A stretch of 64,000 nucleotides of DNA from the human T2T-CHM13v2.0 reference genome, Homo sapiens. Positions within the stretch are counted from its first letter, which is position 1. The number at the start of each line of letters is the position of its first letter. Where the stretch lies: assembly GCF_009914755.1 (NCBI RefSeq), contig NC_060942.1; one strand, 5' to 3'. Under the pieces are notes generated by a model, which worked only from the letters and a program-made list of their open reading frames with translations, did not search any database and was not told the DNA's origin. Of this stretch, positions 42,350 to 55,930 are shown piece by piece. Position numbers and translations under genes: made by a program.

Positions 42350-43244
42350 GTAAGCCCCGCGCGGCCTCCGCCCCCGGACCCCTGCGCCCCCCACGGCCCG
42401 GGCCGCGCCCCCCGACCCCGCCCCCGTCGCCCGCACGGAGGGGTCCCGGCCAGAGGACGAGGTCGGCCGGGTCTGTGCGCCCAGGGAGGGGCGCGGCGCG
42501 GACCGGGAACGGCGTCCCCCAGCTCCCAGCAGCCGGGTTCCGAGCGCGCCTTCTGCCAATAGGTGTCTCCTCTGCCCCAGCGCTGAGGGCGCGAGGCGAG
42601 GCCGCCGCGGGTCCCGCCGAGGAAGCGGCTCGCAGGCCGGCGATTTGGGGACGGGCGAGGCTGGGCCGTCAGGACCACAGAGGGCACGTGGGAGGGAGGA
42701 AGGGAGGCTTCCTTGGGAGTGAAGGATGCCCCGTGTCTTCCTGAGCGAGGCAGAGCCACCCTCTGGCGCCAAGATCGCGGTTTGGGGGTTCTGCGCCCCC
42801 CACCCCCACCCCGAGCTCGTGGCGGCGTCTCCCTCGCGCCGCGCCCCTGAATTCCCCAGGGCCGAGCCCGTCACGCCGGCTCCTGGACCTGCAGGACCAA
42901 AAGATCCAAAGCGCGGCCGCAGCACAGCCCCGAATTTAAGCCATTTTGAAATCCTATAGGCAGGAGTTCCAGCCAGAGAAGATGTTTCAGGCAAGTTTGA
43001 AAAGGAACCGCCAAGTTTCGAGCTGCTTCTTTATAGTGAAAAAAAGATGGCACAGTGTGGGTCCCTGAAACCCGGTGTGGGGGGCGCTGAGACCCCCCTG
43101 CGGCGCATCTCACATTCCAGCCCCCCACCTTAGCCCGTCCCCGGCACACACCCCTGGCGATGCCGGGTGGGCTCCTGCAAGTGGCTTTGAAAATACCCTT
43201 GCAGAGGTGTGAGCGTACGAGTTAGGGATTAGGGATTGCAATGC

Positions 43245-43315
43245 TAATGGAAATTGGAAGACGCTTTTCCAAATTCCTTACCAGCTCTGAAATATTTTAT
43301 ATAATTTATTTAAAG
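43245..43315. promoter_or_regulatory. NFATC1: Candidate intron-1 enhancer with clustered NFAT cores and AT-rich homeodomain-like sites
   Basis: taatGGAAAttGGAAgacgctTTTCCaaaTTCC followed by tattttatataatttatttaaa. Confidence 0.55.
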
Positions 43316-44777
43316 AGCGCCAGCACACCTGCCAACATATGTACTTCATAAGGGCAGACGTCCTTCCGAGCGCTGCCGCTTCCTGCGCGACCCTGATAAC
43401 TGCGGGGCTTGCTTGAGAACCGGGCTCCCCGGAAAACTCGCTGGTCTTAGCAGAGCTGAGCACAGGGCCGTGAGCTCCACGGAGGGGGGTCCGTGTGGTC
43501 GGTGCCCTGACGCTTCACGGGACGGGAGGTAGACACCACTTCATCCCAATGTTAGAAAATGTTGACATGTTTAAACCATGTCCCGTGTCAGTGTTTTACA
43601 CAATGTGCTCTTGCTAGTAGCAGAGTTTAAAAAATTTTTTTTTGTTGGAGTTTCGGTTTTAAATCCTGGGACACTTACGCCGCAGTGTTCATTATCACTC
43701 CCTTTAGAAAGGCAGGTCTTTCCAAGTTCAGATCTCTGTACCTGAAGAGCCGGTGGCCGACCTGTAGTAAGGAGCCCCTTTCTTTTACGCAAGGAAAAAA
43801 CACGACGGGGCAGTGGCTAGTTTTCGTGTTTCCTACTGAAGAAAATAAGCTCGAAAAGGTCCCTGCTGCAAGGCAGTGCGCCGGGCAGCGACGCCCGACC
43901 GACATGGGTGTATTTTATGAGGGCTGCAGAACTGGGCCAGCCGGAAAGTGTGATCTAGTCCTTGATACACACAGGCCGGCAGCATGGGGACACGCGTGGT
44001 TTCCACACCGGCCATCGCTGAGACCACCGGGAAGAACTCTGAGTCCTTCTGAGTAGGCCCCACGAGGCCATTCCTGGCCCATCTGAGGACCTGGGCGCCT
44101 CCCCTGCGTCCCTCGGGTTTCGGGACCATCTGGGTGGAAGCTCATTAGGCGTCGTGGTTCCTGAAGGCCCCGGGCTTGCTTCCTCATGGAGAACGCAGAG
44201 AAGTACAGGCCTGTAAGTAGCCACCCAGTCAGAAGTCGCTCCAGACACAATGCCCCACGGGCTGGGGCCAAACAAAGCTCACCCTGTTCTCTGCCACTTA
44301 ACTTCACAGCGTTGTTTCCCAGCTCAGATTAGAAAATGGCAGGGCGCTGGCACCCCGCTTCATCACACCCAGCGGGGCTTCTGTCTCCGCAGACATCCCC
44401 AGCCTCTGGGAGGATGCGTCCAAGCTAAACATTTCCATGGAGACACCCAGTGTCTGTGGAACGGGCAGCTTTGAATCTGGACCAATAGCTCTGAACCATT
44501 TGCAGGAAGGAAGCCCAGCACTGGGGCGGGGGAAGGGGGGGCTCCTAGGAGCAGCAGGGGAGCCGCCCCACCGACCCCTTCTCTGGGATGGAGACCAGTG
44601 CAGTCCTAGGACAGCAGCAGTGAGCCTCCATCCCTGCAGGGCCCGCGGCCTGGGGCCACCAGCAGGCGGGACAGTTTAGCAAAAAGTTTTAGTCTAAACA
44701 GATGATAAGGGCTGTCATTTGTGTATAATTTTATGGTGGGGGTAAAAAGGTGGCTGGAGTTTTAAAAACAATGTACA

Positions 44778-45213
<436 letters not shown>

Positions 45214-46394
45214 CTAAATCAGGCCACACGGAACGATGGCTTATCACTGGAGAAAACCAGCCAGTGAAAGGGTCGCGGGAGAAGCCCGGGGACGACCCTG
45301 GGACTGGAGGGTTTCTCGCCTCTGGAAAAGGCAGTGCCCGCGGGGCAGGCCAGAGGGAGCGCTCCGAGGAGCTTTGGGGTTGCCAGCCTTGACACGCGCA
45401 CCCCTCCGCCCGGGCCGGCTCCCCTCCGCCCTCAGACTCCCACCATCCTCCTACTATTCCACATGTCGGGTGTATATGGTGCGGAGAGCCCGGGGGAAGT
45501 TAGAACACGCGGCGGGAGAGGCAGGCCCAGGGCGGCCTCAGCTAAGCAGCCCGGCTTTCCGGATCCCCGCCGCGCACAGGCTCGGGCCGCCTAGGGTGGG
45601 ACCCGAACTCGCCTTCCCGCCCCGCTCAAGGAGGTCATCTTTGGAGGTGCCCCTAGAAGGACCGGCGGGTTTCCCGCGGGGCGGGGGCGCGCAGGGCGGG
45701 TGTTTGGAGGCTGGGGACTCGCAGGAGAGGCCGGTGGGTGCCGGGCCTCCTGCAGGGGGTTGCAGGCCGAGGGGCGCGCCACGAACCCAGCGGGAATCCC
45801 TGCGCTTCCCGGCACCGTCGGGCTGAAATCGGGGTTCCTAGCGTTGGCGGCCTCGGGCTGGGACCTCCCCACTCCCGGGGCTCCGCAGGGCGCGCACGTG
45901 GCGCTCGGGGGTCACCGTTGCAGCCGCTTTCCCGAGGAGGCCCGGATTGAAAACTTCTTTAAAAAAAAAACTTAAAAAAAAAATTCCGTCGCCCTGGGCG
46001 CAGCCTTAGGTACCTGGTGCCGCTCGTGGGGTCCCGACGCCCCTACCCCCGGGTCCGGAGGAGCCTGCGCCGGGCCGGGACCCCCAGGGCACAAGAGGCC
46101 GGGGGACCCCTGCGGTCGCGCGCGCGCGAGGGGGCGGGGGCGGGGGGGACACGAGTTTATTTAAAAACTCGTGTCCGGGGAGTTTATTTAAAACTCGGAA
46201 GCCGGCGGCCGCGAGCCGGTTGTTTCTGTAAACCCGGAAACGCCCCGGGGGGCGGGGGCGGGGGCGGGGCGGGGACGGGGGGAGGGGCGGGGGTCACGTT
46301 ACGCGGAGGACGCGCGGGCAGCGCCGGGAGAACCGAACCCCTGGCGGCCGCGACCCCGGCTCCCGCCCCGGCCCCGGCCCCGGCCCGACCCGCC

Positions 46395-46482
46395 ATGACG
46401 GGGCTGGAGGACCAGGAGTTCGACTTCGAGTTCCTCTTCGAGTTTAACCAGCGCGACGAGGGCGCCGCCGCGGCCGCCCCAG
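46395..46482 (+). CDS. NFATC1: NFATC1 beta first exon, MTGLEDQEFDFEFLFEFNQRDEGAAAAAP(E)
   Basis: gccATG context; recognised 29-aa beta peptide; gtgggt donor, phase 1. Confidence 0.97.
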
Positions 46483-46774
46483 GTGGGTCAGTCCCGGAGG
46501 GCGCGGGGGGCGCGGGGCCAGGTCGGGGTTTGGGGGCGCCCAGGCCCCCTCCGCGTCCTCGTCGCTCCCCGGGGACCCCAGGAGTCCCCGGCGCGCCCGG
46601 GACAGAGGGGCTACGGCGGGGGACGCTGCAGTGCGGGGCGTCCTGGGCTCGGATGCGGTTCCTCCGAGCGCTCGCGGCGGGGTCCTGGGGGAGAGCGCAG
46701 CCCGGACACGGGCGTGGACGAAGTGGTCCCGGACAGAGGGCTGGTGGCGCTGCCAGAGGCGGAGAAGCGCCCCA

Positions 46775-47175
46775 GCTCCCCCAGACACCCTCTCCCCGCC
46801 CCGCGTCCCGCCCTCCCGACCTCCCCGACCCCCCGACCCCTCCCCCGACCTCCCCCCCGCGCCCCGACCTCCTCCCTGTTCCCTCCCCCGACCTCCCCCT
46901 TCCCCCCCGACCTACACCCCGCCCCCCTACCTCCCCCCTCCCCGTGACCTGCCCCCCAGAACTCCTCCCCATCCCGCCCCCCGACCTCCCCCCGCCCCCC
47001 TCCCCCGGCCCCCCCCCCACCCGCCCCCCGACCTCCGCCTCAGCCATCCTCCTCCCTCCCCCCAGCCACCCTCCCCCTGACCTCCCGCCCCTGCCGCCGC
47101 CTTCTGGCCCTTCCTCCCCACAGTCACCCTCCCTCCCCGCCGCCGTCTCCCCACGCCCCGCAGACCCCCCCAAGC
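46775..47175. repeat. C-rich low-complexity tract
   Basis: Recurrent ccccgacctccc; strong strand skew. Confidence 0.85.
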
Positions 47176-50100
47176 CTCCAGCTTTCAAGTTTACCCGGAG
47201 CTACCATGACCCCAGCCTTTTCTTTCATTTTCTCTTCTCTGTGTCAGAAATAAGGGTTTCAGGTAAACAAACCACAAATAACTCCCCACTCCCGAAGAGC
47301 AGCGAGTGAGTGGGGTGGGCACCCCTGGGCCTGGGCCCCTCTCCCGCTGCCCGGGATCTCTTCTGTCCAGGTCACCCCAGGCTGGTCACCGTCCGCCCCT
47401 GTCTGTGCCCATTCTCAAGGCCTCGTGTCTGCCCTCCCCGCGCGGAGGTGAAGCCGGAGGAGCTTGGCAAGCAGGGACCTCCGCCGAGTCTGTAATGAGG
47501 GTCATATTTTCCGTATCGTTCACTACTCTCTTTTAAAAACTCCAACGTCTTGATCATTTTTTGAAAATAAGCGCTCCAACCAAACCCGTGCTGCCTGCGG
47601 TTCTCGACTCACCACTCCCCAAATGTCTTCCCTGCCTGGGCCTGGGTTCTAGGTCTTTGGGGTCAGTGGGAGCCAAGGCAGATGAGGGTGGGAGAGAGAC
47701 CCGCCGGAGGCCCTTCCCACCCGGGCTGCCTGTGGCCCTGGCGCCGCCTTCCAGAGCTGGTTCCAGTCCTCCCCGGCTTGAGCCAGGACATTTCAGCAGA
47801 AGAGTTTTCTACCTGGGTGTGCCATGCGAGAGTGTCGCCCCACTCCGGACCTCTCTTTATGGGGTGAAAGTCGGTCCCATGAGAGTGTGGCCACCAGGGT
47901 GGCCCCTCTGGGATCTGTTGGGGTGGAGGCTCCCACACCCGTGCAGTCATCGGGGGTCGGGTGGGACCTCCCAGTACACCCCCGGTCGTTCACAGCGTGA
48001 ATCACTGACTGTGGGCCTGCGACAGGCCCAGTGCCGCCAGAACCCAGGCCCTACACCCCAGTCAGAGGCCCAGGGGGCCTGCAGGACAGTGTACGGCCCT
48101 GGGCCCTCGGCCCTGGCTGAAGATTTCACTGCTTTGCCTCCTTGAAGAAGCACAGGGGGTAGTTATCCCCATGGAGCTGGGTCTCCCCGGCCTCCCAGGC
48201 CTCCAGGGTGGGCTGTGCCACACTGGGCACTGTGTCTGGCTTGGCACGTGGTCAGCGCACCCCCAGTGACAAGGGCCACTTCCGTGCCTCCGTGCACACG
48301 TGACTGTGCGCGACAGCAGCCTCGGGAAGGACACCGCCGGCGGCGGCATCCTCCTGTGACTGCACAGGTAACTCCAGGCTTATCCGGGAAGACGCACAGG
48401 AGGCCAGTCTCTGCCCCTCGAGGCCTAGTCTCACAAGGACGCCACAGTTTATACACCATTTTGAGGTGGGCGGGCTTCCTGCTGGCATCGGATATGGGGA
48501 CCCTGGTGAACATGGGGTCTCTCCTGACCCAGAAGCAGGTGGCCGCCTTCCAGGTGGGTTCAGGACACAGTCCTCCCCGGCACCCACCGGGCTCATTCCC
48601 CCAAAACACTCCTTGAGCAGAATGAGTGAAGCCGTGAACCTCACCCTCGCAGGCACCCTGGGCCCTCCGGAGCTGCGCCCTTCCCCGGGAGCCCCGCAGA
48701 ACTGGGCTGCTGGCTCTCCAGGCGGCTTGTGAAAGCTTTCTGCTGTGTCCTTGCCCCTCCAGAGACCACCGTGGTTTTGGGCTTTAGGAGTTGGGGCTCC
48801 GAGCAGGAGAGGCGAGAGCTGAGAAGAGCCCCTTCCTGCTTTTACGGTGTCAAGAAGTTGCTAGGAAGGGTTCTTTATGTATCTCATACGTTACGTGTAC
48901 ATATTGTGTTTTCCCGTGAGACACCGTGCTGTTTTCTCCTTTCTTTTTATTACCATTATTACTGCATTTTGATGATGATTCAATGGTGTTAATTATTTAT
49001 ATCACATTGTTAAATGATTACATTGACTCTCCAGCTTTTGACGGGTGATAGAAACTACTTCACGTTGTTTCTGGGATGAACCTGGATATAAATGAATACA
49101 TGAATAAGTCTGAGATCAATTGCAAAGCAAGGCAAACTGGGTTTTATAGATTAGACTAAGCACAGAAAGTCAAGCTTTGTTGTAAAGGACGTGGCCGGCC
49201 CTGAGCCCAGGAGGCAGTCTGTCAGCCGGATCCCCTGAGAAGGGGCTGTACGTCCTGGCAGAGCTGAGGTCAGTGTACCGGGGTTGGGGGCTGCAGCCGC
49301 AGGGTGGCTGACTGTGGCCAGGAGCCTGGCCCACGCCGCTGTGGCCCCCACCCCTTCCATCTCGCTGGACTTAGGTCCAGGCTGCGGGCACAGGTCCCGC
49401 GTCTTCACGGGGTGCTTTGAGGGAGGGGCTGTGTCTTGTTCTTTATTTCGAAAGTGCTCAGCAGGTGCAAAGAATAGATATTCAGTAACCATTTGTTGGG
49501 ACAATGAAAAGAGAATATTGTAAATAATTTCCCAGGCGGGATGGGAGTGGCGTTTGGGCTTCCAGGGTCTGGCTTCTGGCTGTGTCCACCCAGGAGCAGG
49601 CCCCGGGCTTCCCTCTGCAGAGAGGAGGTCCCGCTCCCTTCTGGGGCTCAGGAAATAGCTGCTTCGCTGTCAGCTGGGAGGCGGGCGTGCCCTGCTTCCC
49701 GCCCCAGGGCTCCTGTTTTCTAAGTTATTTTGGCCAGCTTGGCTGCTGCCAGCACTGTCGCCGTGGCAACTCAGAGGAAATTGGCCAAGGCCTCTGTGTT
49801 TGGGCTGGAGCCTCTCTGGCAGTCGGGGCCACCCTCCGAACCTCTGTGTGCCCGGGTCTGCCACTGGCCTGTGCCCACTGCTGGGGCATTTAATGGTTCC
49901 CTTGTGGAAAGGCAACATCTTATGCAGAATTGAAGCTTTGGAAGACTTTTATTCTCAAGTCCATTTTCACCAAATAGGATTTCTCTTCCCCAAGAGGGCC
50001 CGGGGTGTCCGTGGCTGGTCGGGGGCTGTGGCAGGAAACCCGTGGCAGAGACGCCTGGTGAGCAGAGAGGTCCCAGGGGAGAGCTGAATTAGGAATGCTC

Positions 50101-53100
50101 TGTTATTCAAGTTCAGTGTTTTAGGAAAGCGTTCCTGCTATTACCATGCACAGCTCATCCCCTGACGTTCTAGAGGTGTTTCCGTGGAGGGTGGAGTTAC
50201 CTGGCAGATTGGAATATTTCAGTTCTGTGTCATGTTTTTCAAAGGAAGATCTCAGCTAGCCATGAACAACTTGGATATTTTTTAATTCCTTGAAAACAGA
50301 ATTCAAAAAGGATGCTTTAAAATGATGTGTGCGTCGGACCAGGGGGAATATTCCAGTACCTCTGAGGAACGATGTCCCAGGTTGGGCCCCGGGCTGGACG
50401 AAGGACCCTTATTAAGGCATTGGCGTGCTTATTTATGGAACATTAAATACCGTTTGTTTGCGCTGTGACGAGGCCATCCTATTTGCCTTTGTAAATCTTT
50501 CTCGCTGGCAGATTGTTGGGGGAACGGCGTCTGGGAAGCTGTTGCTGTCTGTCATGCCGCGGGCCTGACCACGTCCCGGTGCCACTGTGAGGCAGCGTTT
50601 CCCAGGCCTGCTAAGCACGTTGCTTCCAACAGCAAGGTCTTGGCGTGGATCGCCCTGCTTCGTTTTGTTTTATTTCCAATACATTCACAGTTGTCATCTG
50701 GCCTCACCCACAGCAGACTCCGTGGCTGTCTGGAGAGGTGACAGCAGTGCCTGGGGGTCGACCTGTGGTTCAGCCCCAGCAAGTGCTGAAGGGAATGTTC
50801 CTTAAAATGAAAAATAACGTCGTCTGTGATGGCCGCCTCTCAGAGTTTGTGAAAGATGAGAGATCTGGCTGTGGCTGGAGTTGGTGATTCTTGTCAGCAG
50901 TGCTGGCCTGATGCGCAAGGCAGAGGCGTGGCTGTCCTGCCTTGCGCACAGCGAGTGAGGGAGTGGCTGTCTGGGAACTGCGTGTCGTGAGGGGCAGGTG
51001 CCCTGGGGCTCAGCACGGCGGGGTCTGCAAGGTTAGAATGCTGTGCACCTGTAGGGAGCCCTGACCAGAAGTATTTCATGTATTAATTTAATGTCAGGCA
51101 CCGATACAGTTTTTTGTGGTTGTTCAGAAACGAGAAAGGTGTGTGGTTCTGAAGTGAATTATTTCTCAGAGTGAGAGAGATCGCTTTTAACAGCTCTGAC
51201 ATGTGGAACTTGCTGAGGCCAGTGGGACTAGGCTGGCCTGAGAGCCGGGTGCTCCCCGCGTGGCTGTCTGTCCTAGCACCCCCAAACCACCTGTGTGTCG
51301 TGGGGCACCTGATGGCTGAGCGAGCCGGTGAGGATCAGGGGACTCAAAAGTGAGGAGGTGGCACTTTCAGCAGAGGGGCCATGCCATGACCTTCCGTTAA
51401 GGGATTTTGAATGTGCTCTCCGCGATCATTGCTTAGAATCCAGCTGTCTCCCTGCTCACCTGCACTGTCATTTAGTGAATCCTCCTTGGCAAAGAGCCAG
51501 GCCCTCCGACACGGCAGCCAGGGAGTGGGGTCACCGAGCTCTGTGGTGGTGTCTGACGTGACATGAATCAGCCCAAGCGCCTCAGAATCGTCAAGAAAGT
51601 TACTGGGAATATTTTCCCTTCATGTAAATATGATCCCTTTGAATAGTTAAATAACTCAGATTTGAATACGGTTTAGGTGGGTCATGAAACCAAATTCATT
51701 GGGAGCTGGGAGGGAGGGGCTCACAGCCAGGACAGTGGCCCCCGGCGTGTGGGGCTTGGCCTCTGGGGGCAGCTTGACCCCACACCTTGCCCTTCTTCTA
51801 GGAGGAACAAGGGAACTTTATCCACTACCCGCCCTCCAAGGACCTGGGCGAGGGATCCTAATGAAATTCAAGCATTTGAGCTTTCGTTTTGTCATTTGTT
51901 TGATCAGGGAAAACGCATGCTTAGGTGAGCCCTTTTTGTTTTTTAATAAAGCTTTATGGTGTTTCTTTGCCTCATCGAATCAGGTTTTATTGCAATACTT
52001 CAGTTTAAATAAAGGCCCTCGGGTGCCCCAGGCGTCCGTGGGCCTCTGCATGCACTTCCTGCTCTCGCTGTGGGCGGAGTCTCCTCCTCTTCCTCACTTC
52101 CCCTCACGCCTGGGCCCCCGTCACAGAAACGTCAAGGGCTACGGCCCCTGAGGACTTGCACACAGAGACCTGTGAGGTCCGCCTCCCCTTTCCTGCCCCG
52201 TTTCATCTAGAACCTTCCGGTGATCTGGCTCTAGTACCCCGTGTGGCGCAGCTCTGGGCTCCGTCACTGGCTGAGCAGCCAGTTCAGGGCTGAGTCCTGT
52301 GGGAGGATGGTGGGGAGGCCCCAAGACTTGCTCTGTTAATTGCTAGGGTTTTAAAAAATTCTTCAGAATTACCTTTCTACCAGCAAATGGTAGTTCAGCT
52401 GTGGGATCAGCTGTCTTGGAAATAAATACTCTTTTGATTGGGAAACAGGAAGTGTAGGAATCTGTACATGAATCAATTGCAGTTAAGCCCCCTTTGAGGT
52501 CTGGACAGTGAGGGGAAGTGTGTGGAGCAGGTGGGGCCTGAAGAGCCGGTTGAAGGCCACGGATGCCTCCGAGAGGAAGTCGGGGTGTGGGAGGGAGGCT
52601 GGGCCCCCGTGATCGGATCCACGCTGCCGTCGTGTTCCCTCAGTTCCGCTGCTGTGCTTTCGGGTCTCCTGGAGTTGATGACTGGTGTGAGATGGAAGCT
52701 GGTTCCTAACATAATGTTGTTTCTGCTCCAACAGGCGAGAGGGCTTCTAGACAAATAAGCGGGCCCAGCAGTAAGTGTGGGTGTGAGTTCCTGGGCCGGT
52801 GTATGTAATGTGGCGTTTTTGGCTAAGGAATATCTTTTGGACAACTTTTGGTGAGAATGCAGAGTAATGAACAGGTGGCTCGGCGTGGCACCTCAACGGG
52901 AACCCCCCAGGAGCCGCAGGCCTGCGCTCGACAAAACCCCCTCGTGGGTCCCCCACCGCGCCTTCCTTCTGTCCACCGTTGGACTGCGTCCCTGTGCTTC
53001 CCCCGAGACCCCCAGCCGCAGAGCCAGCCACGGCTCCGCGGGTCTTCCGCAGCGCTCCATGCGGGGCAGACGTCAGGGCTGGCCTGGCACGGTCACCCAG

Positions 53101-53617
53101 GCGTGTGGGGCGTGGGGCACAGGGCGACCTGCCTGTGTGGCCTGTTGTCCAGCGGGTCTGATGCAGCCGGCTCAGGGGCTTTGCACGGGCCACGGAGGGG
53201 CCACCGTGACGCCCAGGCGGAGCTCTCAGAGGGCTACAGTTTGCCTGGCCCAGAGCCCCCCAGGTATCACCAGCAGATCAGAGGACTTCAGATTCTCCTC
53301 GGAAACCTCACCTTCTCCCGGAAGCTGCTTTCCAGGCTCATTTTTAGAAAGTTGGTCACAGAAGTTTTAGCGTTGGGGCCTGGTGTTTGCCTGAAGCATC
53401 CAGTGAGCATGGAGCCTGGGGGCGGGGGGCACAGTGGATGCCAGTGAACATGGGTGGTCAGTCCCAGAGCTGGCGTCTTGCAGCTGGGGCAGATCCTGGG
53501 GATGGTGTGTGTGTCCTGACCAGAGGCCAGGCTGGAGGCTGGAATTGGCGTCAGGATGCCCAGCTCCAGCTCCACCCCAGTCCCTGCCTGTGGCTCTGGG
53601 GAAAGAAAGACCTCCTT

Positions 53618-53927
<310 letters not shown>

Positions 53928-54886
53928 TGATTTATTGACATTCCTGTTCTCTCTCCGGTGCAGGAGACTGCGTGGCTCCCGTCCTCTTGAGGGCATTTCT
54001 TTACGATGGGGAAGGCGGGACTGGGGCCTGGCTAGCACCATCCCCAAGGCGCTCAGCCTCAGCGGAGGGGCCCTTCCCATACGAAGACATCCTGAGCAGG
54101 TCTCACCTCCCACCCCTGAGAGCTTCTGGTCGCACCTGTGAGGTGTGGCTCCATCGCAGCTCTGTTTCTTTCTCTTTGTTATGGCTCTGCCCCCTGAGTG
54201 TCTGGAATTTCCAGAAAGCAGCTGTGACTCCTGGGATTGAGGCCACGGTGTGTCCTCTTACCAGGCTGCCGTGCCGTGTTTCCCACCTACCTGGGGCGCT
54301 AGAACCATTTCTGTTAGTAAATACAGTGGGTTTGTATTGGTATTTTGAGACCCTAGATTTTTTTGGCATTTATCCGTGTTGGTTTCTGAACCACGACTTA
54401 GCGGAAAGACAGCACTGTCCTTGAATAAAGTATCTTCCAGCCAGTGCAGTTGCACCAGGAGATGAATATAGAATTTCCATGTGCTTGTTTGTATTATTTA
54501 GAGGCCTGGGAATACCCACCTCTAGGCATGTAATCATGAGGTTCCAAGATGTCATAAAAAGTCTTTTCAAATCAGAAATCCAGAGGCACGTCTTTCCTGT
54601 TAAAATTACTGATTTCCCTAATAATGATTTTAAAAAATATTTTATTGAGTGTAATTAACACATAATGATTCTTAGGACTAGCTGTGTACCAGAATCTTCT
54701 GTTTTGTTCTTAAAGATGGATTCGTAGGATATGAGCCAGTATCAGAATCTCCATGAGGGGGATTTCACAGTCTGTGTTTTCATCCAATCCTTGAGGAGTT
54801 TTCTTTGTAGCTGGTGATTAGGGCACCTTGACAGTGATAAGCCTGTTAAAATCTGTTTACATATGTAGGTCCTTAGATCTAAAACA

Positions 54887-55692
54887 CATCCACCATCCAT
54901 CATCATCCATCCATCATCAAACCATTATTCCTCCATTCCCTATGCATCCATGCATCATCATCTGTCCATTATTCCTCCATTCCCTATCCATTCATTCATC
55001 ATCCATCCATCCATCATCCATCCATCCATCATCAAACCATTATTCCTCCATTCCCTATCCATCCATCCATCATCCATCCATCATCATCCATCCATTATTC
55101 CTCCATTCCCTATCCATTCATTCATCATCCATCCATCCATCATCATCCATCCATCATCAAACCATTATTCCTCCATTCCCTATCCATCCATTCATCCATC
55201 ATCCATCATCCATCCATTATTCCTCCATTCCCTATCCATCCATCTATCATCCATCCATCATTATCCATCATCCATCCATTCCTCCATTCCCTATCCATTC
55301 ATTCATCCATCCATCCATCCATCATCATTCTTCCATCCATCCATCATCCATCCATTATTCCTCCATTCCTCGTCCATCCATCCATCCATCACCATCCATT
55401 TATCTATCCATCCATTCATCCACCATTTACCTATCATGCCTCCATCCCCAATGCATCATTCATCCATCCATCCGTTTAGCTGTCCATCCATCCATCATCC
55501 ATCCATTCATCCACCCACCCATAATCCATCTCTTTATCCCTCATTCCTCCCTTGTTTGTCCATCACCATCCATCTACCTACTCTCCATCTACCCATCATC
55601 CCTTCACCCCCCGTCCATCATGATCCATCCATCAGTTTCTTTACCTGTCTATCCATCATCCATTGTCCACCCACCCACCAACCATCCATCCA
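54887..55692. repeat. (CCAT)n-based simple repeat array, ~800 bp
   Basis: catccatccatc with recurring ccattattcctccattccctatccat blocks. Confidence 0.95.
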
Positions 55693-55930
55693 TTAAACAA
55701 ATTGAACACATTTTATGTGCCAGGCACAGTCTTTGGCTCTGAAAACAGCGGTGAGCAGAATAGACTAAGGCGTCCAGATGTTCTGTCTTCATGGAACTTA
55801 GGTTTCTGTTTGTCAAAGAGATGACAGTGTGGGATGAATGAGTAAAAACAGGCTGTTAGATTGTGATACGTATTTAGGAGAAAAAATAAACTAGAGAAGG
55901 ATGGCCCACGTGTTGAGTTTGGGGTTTAAA
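55693..55930. mobile_element. Probable L2 fragment
   Basis: aaacaaattgaacacattttatgtgccaggcacagt...gtcttcatggaactta resembles the L2 3' end. Confidence 0.5.

Larger units (their letters stand above)
39750..42930. promoter_or_regulatory. NFATC1: CpG island spanning NFATC1 P1 and exon 1
   Basis: Very high GC and CpG density, many GC boxes. Confidence 0.9.
45260..47200. promoter_or_regulatory. NFATC1: CpG island / NFATC1 P2 promoter
   Basis: High CpG density; stacked GGGGCGGGG boxes at 46131-46148 and 46246-46293 upstream of the beta ATG. Confidence 0.88.

Noticed and set aside
39956-42994. 293-aa and 508-aa - strand ORFs and other long ORFs in the CpG island
   Set aside because: Stop codons are depleted at very high GC; products are low-complexity G/R/P/A.
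43222-43235. TTAGGG x2 as interstitial telomere
   Set aside because: Only two units separated by an extra base; expected by chance.
46017-47309. 430-aa ORF
   Set aside because: Only 46395-46482 is the real beta exon; the rest is promoter and C-rich intron.
54828-55742. His/Ile/Pro/Ser-rich ORFs
   Set aside because: Translation of (CCAT)n.
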